In this document: in pieces, positions 49,701 through 58,065 of the stretch
How positions within the stretch are numbered: the first letter of the stretch is position 1
How the letters are laid out: each line of letters opens with the position of its first letter
DNA from: a virus
Taxonomy: Duplodnaviria; Caudoviricetes
Length of the DNA stretch: 61,901 nt
IMG/VR virus record: IMGVR_UViG_3300046171_000186
Coordinates: 1 to 61,901 of that record
Reading direction: 5' to 3' (one strand)
Made by a program: the position numbers and the translations under genes
The notes under the pieces: model-generated
Databases searched by the model: none
The model's input: the letters and a program-made list of their open reading frames with translations, nothing else
Told to the model about the DNA's origin: nothing

Positions 49701-52700
49701 CGAATTCAACAGCAAGATGCTCTGGAAGGCATGAACGAAGGTGCCCGGCTAGCACAACAACGAAGACTTCAAGAACAGGCAAACCAACAAGCCTTGATCG
49801 ATCAAGAGTTACGTTTACTAGATGAAAACGTAGCTAAAGCTGCATCTACACAAATTACTGCACGACAAGCGGAACGTGCCCGGCAGGAAGAACTGCTAAC
49901 ATCGAAGCAGGAAGAAGTAGATACTCAGATTGCCGAGGGTGCCCTGACACCTCGAGAGGCAACGATTGCCCAAGAAGAACAAGCCCGTGCTGAAGAGGAC
50001 CGGATTCTTCAAGAGATCGACCAGATGGAAGCAGACGAACGATCTCAATCACAAGCAGAAGAGGACCTTGCCGTAGAACAGGTTGCTGATCAGGAGAACC
50101 GAAAGCGTTTTGACCGTCTATTAGTAAACCTTTCGGATATGCAAACCCAACGGGACACGGAGCAACGTGTTCAAGCTATCTTTGGAGATCTCGAGACTTC
50201 CGAGAGGTCAACGGTTGCCGGGGGTGCTACTGTCAATCCGAACACTCCTCGTGGTGCCCAGATCCTGAAGCAACGAGAATTGGAGGTTCTAAGGGACGCA
50301 ATGGTAGCCGAGTTCCCGGGGGTGTCTCAAGTCGATGTAGTGGAGACTGTCGAGCAAGCCCGGGAGATGTTACCGGAAGGGGCCGAATTGGCAGACGACA
50401 CCGAAGGGTTTGCCTTCCGAGATGCCGAAGGCAATCCGAGGATTGTGCTGGTGGGTACCAACATCGAGAACAAGCAGGTTATCGAAGGGCAGATCGGAAA
50501 TGCTCTGGAGAATGCTGTTCGGGATGGAGTCCGGATCTTCTTCCACGAATCCTTGGGCCATGACGGGTTACGTCAGGCATTCGGAGATAACGAAGCTGCC
50601 CTGAATGACTTTACTGCCAGACTGTACGAAGCCCGTGAAGATGAGATTAACGACTGGGGTAGTCGCAGGTATTCTGAAGGTGACTGGTCAAAAATGAATG
50701 ATTCGCTAAAAGCGGAAGAGTGGCTGGTCCAGAACTTCACAGAAGAAGGAATTGCTCCGTCTGGAATCTTGGATTCGATCCGGGTTCTGTTCGGAAGCGA
50801 GTTCAATGATGCGTCGATCCGCAAACAAATGAACGCAATCCAGAACGCACTACGAAAAGGACGAAAGCCGAAGTTTACCTTGCGAACTCCTCAAGGTGCC
50901 CGGGCGAATGTCGGAGAAGAGATTCCTGTCGAAGAGATGGAGATCGAGATTCCCGGTCAGGATGAGCAAGCTGCACCGGAAGCCGAAGCGCAAGAACAAT
51001 CTCAAGGCCCCACAACAACCCCCATTGAACCTGATCCTGCTTTAGACAGTTTAATCAGATCACTTTACGAGAAAGGAATTACTCCTCCGTCCAAGTCAAT
51101 GGTTAGTGCCCGGAAAAAGAAATTCTTTATGGAGTTTCCTTTCCTGAAAAATACTGATCTGAACAGTGTTGATGCAGACCTAATCCAAGCAAGAATCAAA
51201 GCAGCACAAGACGAGATCGATTCGATTGTAAACCCGGTCAACTTGGAGATGATCAACAACCCGGCTACTCGTCGTGCAAGGGAACTGACTGCCGCACAAA
51301 AGAATAGAGTTCGAGGGTATTTAGCAGAGATCCAAGCTTTGCAAGGTATTCTTGGTTCTGCTCAAGTTGCACCTGTAGCACAGACAGAATCTACACCAGA
51401 ACGTACTTCTGAAACAACAGTTGAAGTAAATGGGCAGCAAGTAGAGCCAGAAAGTGTTCTACCTCAAAAATCACCGACTACACCTGTCCAAGATACCACA
51501 GAAAGTACATCCACGGATGTACAACCGATAGCGGAAGAGACACCGGAAGAAGTTGCTGATGCTGGGCCAGCAATCAGGATGAGTGCAGGTAGACCTAGTC
51601 TGCAGGAAGTAAAACAATTAGAGGTTGAAAAGAAAGCTGCACCGGGCTACCAGACCCCCAGACAGCTACAAGACTCTAGTACGGCTAGAGAGGAACTTGC
51701 CAACGAAGCAAAGAAGTACATTGCAGGAGAAATTGAATACGAGGACTTCCAAGCTGCCGTTCAGCGTTTAAATCCGATTCAGGCTCTAGGAGAGAAATAC
51801 GATATCCCCGGAGGAGTACCTGCTCCTGCAACGAATGAAGAGATTCAAGATGCTGTTGGTGTCAAGAGTCAGGGTAAAGTCCTTGGTGTAGATACAGAGA
51901 TTGCAGATGGGACTGATGTTGGTTTGAGGCTAGATATAAACGCTTATCAAAACAAAGATGTCTGGGTACCCACGATCCATGATGGAAGTGTTAAAGGGAC
52001 TCAGGGTAAAGTTCTGGCCTATGCTCCGGTCGCTAGGGTATTGGGGCATTCTTCAGACGGTAAAGTTAGCTTCGAGTCAAACCCGGATGCTGCTTTGAAT
52101 ATTGCTTCTGGCAAGATCAACAAGACTACTATCGCACGAGTCTTTGGGTCTTTCCAGAATGCCAACCCGGAGGAACTCTTTAATCAGGCTCAAGAATACA
52201 TTGCCAATCCGAAGCAAGGAAATGATGTCTGGGTTGAAATTGGGATGGACCCCACCAGAGGATCGTTCTTCTACGATAAAGCCAATGGTGACCCTGTTCT
52301 GACTGCTGACGAAGTAATTCAAGTTGGTGCTCTCGTTGTTGCGAAAAATCCTGAGTACGGCAACGTCAACAACATCAGAACGGTAGGTAGGACTAAGGGC
52401 ATTCCTGCAGGATTACGTTTTAGTAGCGGACGACGAAAGAAGCTAATCTCTGAACTGCCGATTTCCGGTATTCTAAGTGGAACAGAAGATCTAGGTACAC
52501 AACCCGGAGACTTCTTCCGTAACTTAGGGTTACCTGTACGAACTAAAAAAGATGGGACGGTCAAACCATCGGTCAGTGATGTCGGTAGTAGCCTTGAGAA
52601 AAGATATCGAAAGATTACCGGAAATGTTCCGTTTGAAGATACCCCAGAGCAGAGAGACATAATTGCAGAAGCTTTAAATGCTGAAATTGAATACCAACTG

Positions 52701-55700
52701 CAACAGGATAACTCTGGTGTGGGGTGGTATGATGCTACGGTAGCTAAAGCCCTTAACCGTTATGCAATTATGCATCCGGAACTTGCAGATAATGCAGATG
52801 CCCAAACAGTATTTAAAGCTATTCTTGCAATTACTTCCCAAGGTGAAACTGTTCCTAAAAACGGAGACTACGCACACAAACTTTATAGCGAATACAAGAA
52901 GACAGGAAGAATCCCAACAACTTTTGAAGGAGGAAAAGAAGGTCCGATTGTCTTAAATAACCTTCAGTTTCTGCAGAAGTTGATCGATAAATACGGGGTA
53001 AAAGACGCAAATGAATTACTGCTTGCTAAAATGCCAGTACGAGATGTCAATAAACTTTCTGCACAATTTGGAAAAGCTGGAGTTGGTGGCGAACGGATGG
53101 ATACGGAACTGCTTGGTGCTGCAGCGTTCGGTCCAAAGATCGGTATCTTCTTCTCTAACCTTTCAGGCCAATATGACTTCCCTACCATTGATTTGTGGTT
53201 CCAAAGAACAATGGGCCGAATGCAAGGTCAACTGTTTGATTTCAAACCCGGTACAGATGAAAAGTATCGAAAGTTATTAAGAGACCATTGGGCCAAAAAT
53301 CCTAAGAACTTTACACCCTCTAAAACCGTTAAACAAATCCCTGAGGATGATTTATCACTTAACCTATGGGCAAAAGAAACTCTTAACGAATATGCAAAAC
53401 CAGTCCCAACAGGAAAATTCAAACCGGATGGAACGCCAATAAAACGGAGTTACCCCGTAGAGAAGAAAACGCTTGAGACAAATGCCGCAAAGAATATAAT
53501 TGAAAACCTAACAAAGTTAAAAGGTGCTCCTACGGGTGCAGATCGTATTTTAACTCGAGATGTGCTCCAACGCATTCAAGATAAGAGGAAGAAGAATAAT
53601 CAGGAGACCCTGACGGTTCCTGATATGCAAGCTGTCTTATGGTACTTAGAAAAAGATCTGTATACTGGTCAGGGTGCTGGAAACGTAACCGCAGAGAAAG
53701 CTGATTATGCTGATGCTGCAGAACAAGTCGTGGAGACCTATGGAAACAAAGAACAAAAAAGACAACTACAACGGGCCAGAATTTCCGGAAATGACCCCCG
53801 AGGAGATACAGGAGCAAGTAGCCAGAACACAGGCACTGACCCGGTCTCTGGACGAGAATCCGGAAATGTGGGACGAACTGCTGAAACGAGTCCAGTCCGG
53901 AAATCAGACAGTAGGGCTTCCAGCCTCTCAGGATATGGAGACGGAGGAAGACGGAGTGCTGGAAGAGTCACGAAGGCGTTGGAAGGTACGCCATCCACAA
54001 AGGGGCCGAACGGAACAAGGGTCCAAGGTCCGATCCAAGAATTAGTCGATGTAGCAGAAAAATATGCTGCAGCTAATGGCATCAACTATAAACGACAAGC
54101 TCAGTATGTAGAAGTAGATGAAGAACTTGCAGGACGGATTGCTGATGCCTACGCAGAAATGGAACATACTCCGAATGATCCTACCGTAAAAGCTGCATAC
54201 CGTGACCTGATTGATCAGACTCGTGCCCAATACGAAGCCTTAGTGGCAGATGGATTTGAGTTTACCTTTTTTGATGGGGAAACAGATCCATACGAGGGCA
54301 GACCTTTCCGGGCTATGAATGATTTAAGATTCAATAAACGGATGGCTGTTTATGGAACCTATGATGGCTACGGAACAGAAGGAATAACTAGAGGAGATTT
54401 AGAAGACAACCCAATGCTAGAAGATACTGGCCTTCAATGGGAAGACCAGAATGGTGAAATGCGCCCGGTGATGGCAAACGATTTATTCCGGGCAGTTCAC
54501 GATGCATTTGGGCATGGACTTGAAGGGGCCGGGTTTAGAGCAAGAGGGGAAGAAAATGCGTGGCAAGCTCACGCCCGTTTATTCACAGGTCCAGCTTTAG
54601 GCGCAATCACGAGTGAAACACGAGGGCAAAACTCGTGGCTAAACTACGGGCCTTACGGAGAGACCAACCGGACTGCTGGTCTAGAAGATACGGTCTTTGC
54701 TGATCAGAAGACAGGCTTGATGCCTGAGTGGACTTGGCAAGAAGGCAAGGCCCCAGATATGCCTGAAGACACTCAAGAAGAAAACGTTAACGATGGTGCG
54801 AACTTGACAGGCACCCGGTTCTCTGCCGGTCGACGACGACCTCTCCAGAACAACCCCGGAGGACGTGCCAAGAAAGAGTTCGGAGCACTCAAGGCTCTAC
54901 GCAAACTCGATCATTTCTTTGACCATAAAAGCAACCTGCCAGAACGGGAAGCGTATGAACTGCTGACCCAGAAGGCCCGTGGAGAGATGACCAACTACAT
55001 TGAAATTGGTCACGAACTCGGAGACATTTTCTTAAAGGCGAAAGAGAATGAACAAGCTGCCATCTACAACTACCTAACCGAACGCAATGCGAACGCTAAT
55101 CTAGTCCCTGACAGAAAAGTTAGAGGTTCTAACAAAACCCTTCGACAAGCTGCCGTACAGGCCAAGCAGGACATTATTCAGATCGGAGAAGATCTGGTTC
55201 GTCTAGGAATGCTCGATCCGGATGCATACGCCAACCGAAAGGGTAAGTATCTACCTCGTGTCTATTTAAAGTATCTATTCAGTGAAGACCACCAGAAGAT
55301 CTTGTCTACAGGCGGATCGCTGAAGATGTCGGACTTAGGGTATCTAAAGAAACGTAAAGACGTAGATGCTCTAGTACGCAATCTGGTCCTTGGGGAGATC
55401 AAGTCCCCGGGGTACTTGGTCAGCAAGACCCTAATGCAGTCTGGGCAGGACATTGCCCGGATGCAGTTCCTGAAGGACCTCTCCGGAAATCAAGAATGGG
55501 TTCTGCCTGAAAGCTATATCAATGTTAGCTATGCCAATGAAATCGAAGGTATCCTACAGGCCAACCCGGCACTTCGGCAGCAACTGCTGAACGAAGGACT
55601 CCCTCCAGCCGCACGACAGACTGCCACAAGACGGGTGACCCCAGAGTATCTTGCGGCAGAAGCTAGACGACTTCGAGAACAAGTTTTACCGTCTAAGAAA

Positions 55701-57374
55701 GAAGGATCTGCCCAGAAGGAGTTGGTCCGGAGAATGATCGAAGTGTTGGATCAGAAGGTCTCTCAGGCCCGAACCAATCAGGAATACGATCCTGAAAACT
55801 ACACGCAACTTCCGGATACCTCCCGGTACGGAGACCTTCGAGGTGCGATTGTCCGTAACGAAATCTACGATGACCTAGTCGGATCTCAGGAGTTATTTAC
55901 CCAGTCGGGTATGGAACGAGGGCTGAACTACCTGACCTCCCTAATGAAGTGGGGCCTGACTGCAGCGAACCCGGCAGTCTGGGCGAATAACCTACGATCC
56001 AACACGGCAATGATGCATTTTGCTGGGTTGCCTTTCCATCGTAGTTTCGACTATCGCTTTAGAGCCTTAAAACAGATGCTGACCAACGGTAGTCGCTATC
56101 AGGCGTTCAAGGAGCAAGGACTAACCCTGTCCACCTTTGCGGCAGACGAACTTGGTCGGATGGAGACGAGACTGGCCCAATCGTTATCCCCGGAAGACAA
56201 AAAGATCATCGGGCAACCTCTACGCTATTCGTTGCCTGTTTTGACTGCAGAAAGATTAGGCTCTTTGATCTACAACGCCTTTGGGGATTTCTATCAGGGC
56301 ATGGAGGTCATGGACAAGCTAGCCTTGGGCATGTACCTAGAAGATCACGGCCCTAGCCTTGGGGCACCTTTTGCGAACAATCGGAAGATGACGACCGAAG
56401 CAGCAATGCGAGAGGCAAACAAGGCGTTGTTTGATTACACAGATGTTCCTGACTGGTTGCGTCGAAGTCGCAGAAGCTTACTAGGTGCCCCGTTTTTAAC
56501 GTGGACCTACAAGGCAGCACCGTACTTGACAAAGATGGCTGGTGACCCGAAGAAGCTTCTCAGGGCCGCAACATGGTACGGTGGCCTGTACACCTTGATG
56601 GCAATGCGAGAGGCAGAACTAGATGATGAAGAACATGATGCGTATTATAATGGTCTGCAAGACTGGCTAGCGAAACGTCAGTTGTTCTCGATCCCCCTAC
56701 CACAAAAGGACGAGAACGGAATGGTTCAGACAGAGGACTACACGATGTTTGCGCCTCATGCCTTCCTGATGAATGCTGCCGCAGATGTTCTACCGGGTGG
56801 ACGTTTCAGTGCGTTGGATGTTGCCAAAGACCTTGGCTTTGCATCCCATCCGTTGCTAGAGTCTACAATGGAATTGATCTTCAATAAGGACTCTTTCACC
56901 GGACAGCCGATCTATCGCAAGACGGATACATCGACCCAGATGGCAGACAAGATACGGGAGCACTACATGGACAACTTGCTCCCACAGTTTATCGCACCAA
57001 ACGGGTGGACTACCCGGATGATCGAGTTGTCTTCAGAGAATCCAAATGTGTTTGGACCCTCTAGTGTTTTGGACCGACAGGGGAACCCTACCCGGACGTT
57101 AGGCCAACAGACACAACGGGTAGTACCGTTCATGCCGAATGTTTACCCGTCAGATTTACGCAAGGGATTAAAATACGGAAGGCAGGATATTCTTCGTTCT
57201 ATTCAGGCTCTAGCAAAAGAGTATTCGACGAACCGAAGAAAGTATCGAGGAGATAAAGAAGCGTTAGCGGAGTTGAAAGCGGAGTACGATGCAGAAAGGG
57301 CAAGACTACAAGGGTTGCTGCGAGAATTTCCTACGGTAGGACAACTACCCAGATTTGAAGAGTATGCAGAGTAA
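46734..57374 (+). CDS. Giant polyvalent internal virion protein (3546 aa)
   Basis: Coiled coils, HESLGH zincin motif, GPKIG/TIDLW/QAVLW module, HDAFGH module, LPD38-like C-terminus (HPLLES.MEL.FNKDSFTGQPI). Confidence 0.85.
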   Translation: MDEALRGGLPDREYAKQLLKRIREQYRKGDSTYRDSDFQLRTLLKPFGLNEAQTNSIVSNTLGTSYNVDTVTTGREGGLLNTLGAYVPVAPVDYLSQVAKGVPEQFGNFGPQVEKSLASIGLSMTEADPDPAYMAQRQPGLDRTSDSRLLQNTLSLLPGTPNDADAFRESARNIENYISTNFDTLKNKLRSFGGMVQSWAEENIPTFELPGYDPESAQLAQERQERKNNLADPQFRRQELQQVFDRASKEIEANPLPFPQTAFERGAASLGGSMPSYATMALAPFDPIKLPTILLSNAVAGRMVAGEAVEGVAQDDVWLEMSQNMTDAQKQEALSYINPIVNFEAYNTRTATELAAAGSDALSMLPIGGLPTRLGLDLMGGGASELIDFDLAGRARRRGLRAYAQKMNLPIKDDPRLQLVNRGDYAKAYPAQAQEAFQTGIVMSGAASTPTTLVDSLFTNYRNRQPRDNQNPNQNPDQIQALTNTVLNKLKTLNKKDPEQVRSYLENPITEDVVRNIQAKSDAGQALSKDEIEVAKRHNEIDTPILAAPEATPTDTAPDALAEGVAREGEYYQRLQENAARVETVPTDSLQDITRQTYPVQENISQTDAVASQWDRANKAQRSDKWFEGANANEDVVKAWDSIRSEASTIGGHGMDKALTLSQGLKNLRTLLKDGIDYSVNPDTGLRRQFFTAPLTVTAQGTGAGAGTASGTAYTDGPFIIVFREGSSGNPSINDVAGILVNEAHAEIAPLLQAEYPNLVIRSYGQIQDVVAAAKTMRKTPDDSNSRILQSAGRQPSLPGLEEAPPTPQDPRFEPLTFTTDRARSKVEQQALQDREARMKQEEEQRTLNQFYEDISEDSLFSTFDQTEETDLGTVQTPRDEYESAVAYEDAIQRQTQQLEDIRKLQQDTKTIQKAREAAEKRQEALIKADQRIAARDLAAEDKQRIQEKLAADKLANQQRLAEIADIQRGLDQRVKEAKATQVTAKEELRIQQQDALEGMNEGARLAQQRRLQEQANQQALIDQELRLLDENVAKAASTQITARQAERARQEELLTSKQEEVDTQIAEGALTPREATIAQEEQARAEEDRILQEIDQMEADERSQSQAEEDLAVEQVADQENRKRFDRLLVNLSDMQTQRDTEQRVQAIFGDLETSERSTVAGGATVNPNTPRGAQILKQRELEVLRDAMVAEFPGVSQVDVVETVEQAREMLPEGAELADDTEGFAFRDAEGNPRIVLVGTNIENKQVIEGQIGNALENAVRDGVRIFFHESLGHDGLRQAFGDNEAALNDFTARLYEAREDEINDWGSRRYSEGDWSKMNDSLKAEEWLVQNFTEEGIAPSGILDSIRVLFGSEFNDASIRKQMNAIQNALRKGRKPKFTLRTPQGARANVGEEIPVEEMEIEIPGQDEQAAPEAEAQEQSQGPTTTPIEPDPALDSLIRSLYEKGITPPSKSMVSARKKKFFMEFPFLKNTDLNSVDADLIQARIKAAQDEIDSIVNPVNLEMINNPATRRARELTAAQKNRVRGYLAEIQALQGILGSAQVAPVAQTESTPERTSETTVEVNGQQVEPESVLPQKSPTTPVQDTTESTSTDVQPIAEETPEEVADAGPAIRMSAGRPSLQEVKQLEVEKKAAPGYQTPRQLQDSSTAREELANEAKKYIAGEIEYEDFQAAVQRLNPIQALGEKYDIPGGVPAPATNEEIQDAVGVKSQGKVLGVDTEIADGTDVGLRLDINAYQNKDVWVPTIHDGSVKGTQGKVLAYAPVARVLGHSSDGKVSFESNPDAALNIASGKINKTTIARVFGSFQNANPEELFNQAQEYIANPKQGNDVWVEIGMDPTRGSFFYDKANGDPVLTADEVIQVGALVVAKNPEYGNVNNIRTVGRTKGIPAGLRFSSGRRKKLISELPISGILSGTEDLGTQPGDFFRNLGLPVRTKKDGTVKPSVSDVGSSLEKRYRKITGNVPFEDTPEQRDIIAEALNAEIEYQLQQDNSGVGWYDATVAKALNRYAIMHPELADNADAQTVFKAILAITSQGETVPKNGDYAHKLYSEYKKTGRIPTTFEGGKEGPIVLNNLQFLQKLIDKYGVKDANELLLAKMPVRDVNKLSAQFGKAGVGGERMDTELLGAAAFGPKIGIFFSNLSGQYDFPTIDLWFQRTMGRMQGQLFDFKPGTDEKYRKLLRDHWAKNPKNFTPSKTVKQIPEDDLSLNLWAKETLNEYAKPVPTGKFKPDGTPIKRSYPVEKKTLETNAAKNIIENLTKLKGAPTGADRILTRDVLQRIQDKRKKNNQETLTVPDMQAVLWYLEKDLYTGQGAGNVTAEKADYADAAEQVVETYGNKEQKRQLQRARISGNDPRGDTGASSQNTGTDPVSGRESGNVGRTAETSPVRKSDSRASSLSGYGDGGRRSAGRVTKALEGTPSTKGPNGTRVQGPIQELVDVAEKYAAANGINYKRQAQYVEVDEELAGRIADAYAEMEHTPNDPTVKAAYRDLIDQTRAQYEALVADGFEFTFFDGETDPYEGRPFRAMNDLRFNKRMAVYGTYDGYGTEGITRGDLEDNPMLEDTGLQWEDQNGEMRPVMANDLFRAVHDAFGHGLEGAGFRARGEENAWQAHARLFTGPALGAITSETRGQNSWLNYGPYGETNRTAGLEDTVFADQKTGLMPEWTWQEGKAPDMPEDTQEENVNDGANLTGTRFSAGRRRPLQNNPGGRAKKEFGALKALRKLDHFFDHKSNLPEREAYELLTQKARGEMTNYIEIGHELGDIFLKAKENEQAAIYNYLTERNANANLVPDRKVRGSNKTLRQAAVQAKQDIIQIGEDLVRLGMLDPDAYANRKGKYLPRVYLKYLFSEDHQKILSTGGSLKMSDLGYLKKRKDVDALVRNLVLGEIKSPGYLVSKTLMQSGQDIARMQFLKDLSGNQEWVLPESYINVSYANEIEGILQANPALRQQLLNEGLPPAARQTATRRVTPEYLAAEARRLREQVLPSKKEGSAQKELVRRMIEVLDQKVSQARTNQEYDPENYTQLPDTSRYGDLRGAIVRNEIYDDLVGSQELFTQSGMERGLNYLTSLMKWGLTAANPAVWANNLRSNTAMMHFAGLPFHRSFDYRFRALKQMLTNGSRYQAFKEQGLTLSTFAADELGRMETRLAQSLSPEDKKIIGQPLRYSLPVLTAERLGSLIYNAFGDFYQGMEVMDKLALGMYLEDHGPSLGAPFANNRKMTTEAAMREANKALFDYTDVPDWLRRSRRSLLGAPFLTWTYKAAPYLTKMAGDPKKLLRAATWYGGLYTLMAMREAELDDEEHDAYYNGLQDWLAKRQLFSIPLPQKDENGMVQTEDYTMFAPHAFLMNAAADVLPGGRFSALDVAKDLGFASHPLLESTMELIFNKDSFTGQPIYRKTDTSTQMADKIREHYMDNLLPQFIAPNGWTTRMIELSSENPNVFGPSSVLDRQGNPTRTLGQQTQRVVPFMPNVYPSDLRKGLKYGRQDILRSIQALAKEYSTNRRKYRGDKEALAELKAEYDAERARLQGLLREFPTVGQLPRFEEYAE
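53740..54045 (+). CDS. Candidate overprinted gene nested in the +1 frame of the giant gene (101 aa)
   Basis: GGAGA RBS before ATG 53740; acidic, amphipathic product, while the host frame is a G/S/R-rich linker. Confidence 0.5.
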   Translation: METKNKKDNYNGPEFPEMTPEEIQEQVARTQALTRSLDENPEMWDELLKRVQSGNQTVGLPASQDMETEEDGVLEESRRRWKVRHPQRGRTEQGSKVRSKN

Positions 57375-57476
57375 TGTGCTCAAGATTGTGCAGCGTTTTG
57401 TGCAGTATTTGAGCTAAGAAGGACAGGCAAGCCAACTTGGGGTTCTTTAGAAACTCTAAAGAAATCAATTGCTTGA

Positions 57477-57524
57477 TGGCTCCCCAAGCTGGACTCGAAC
57501 CAGCGACCCAATGATTAACAGTCA
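57477..57524 (-). mobile_element. attP core: 3' half of tRNA-Asn(GTT)
   Basis: TGACTGTTAATCATTGGGTCGCTGGTTCGAGTCCAGCTTGGGGAGCCA; no D-arm or 5' acceptor strand; flanked by IHF-consensus and arm-like repeats. Confidence 0.85.
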
Positions 57525-57561
57525 ACCTATCTAACTGAAAATCATGGGTCAAATCAATAGG

Positions 57562-57729
57562 TTAATCAACAAGATCTTCTTCTGCCGAGATTTGTGCCAA
57601 GATTTCTTGGTCAAAGTTACCTCCGAGTACGTCTAGCACTTGACTGACTACGCTTTTCAATGATTGGAGTTCTTCAATTGTCGTAGCAAGGTTCGTCTCT
57701 AGTTCTTCGACTCGATCTTCTGTCGTCAT
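57562..57729 (-). CDS. 55-aa acidic coiled-coil peptide next to attP
   Basis: RBS GAGGTG; MTTEDRVEELETNLATTIEELQSL...EEDLVD*. Confidence 0.6.
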   Translation of the reverse strand: MTTEDRVEELETNLATTIEELQSLKSVVSQVLDVLGGNFDQEILAQISAEEDLVD

Positions 57730-58065
57730 TACACACCTCTTTCCGATATTTTGGGTTAGAAGTTAGTGTCGCCAAAACAAATAATGTATCTCTTTGCTTT
57801 TAAATTGCAAGCCTATTGACAGTCATTTTTTTTTGTTAAGACATTTCTTCTTTAAAATCAAACTTTTCGATAAGTAAAAAAGCCAAACCCAAGAACCTCT
57901 GCCTTAAAAGAAAACCCAGAATTACTACGATGATGGAGGTCTATCAGGAACCACTGACGATGTGTAACCGGGTACCAACCCCGGCTATAGAAGAGCCAGA
58001 GACGTGTACCCGTTTTGAAAGTCTTATGACGGAACCTAAATAGATTCCGTAAGACTTTCTGGGAC

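Noticed and set aside
50410-53280. Other alternative-frame ORFs inside the giant gene (50410, 52102, 52762, 53011)
   Set aside because: No convincing RBS, and they overlap motif-rich folded modules rather than linkers
46734-57374. N4-like virion RNA polymerase
   Set aside because: The size is similar, but I could not find T7-type or DxDGD RNA polymerase motifs; the content matches polyvalent proteins
57477-57550. Functional phage tRNA-Asn gene
   Set aside because: The 5' acceptor strand and D-arm are absent; better explained as an attP core
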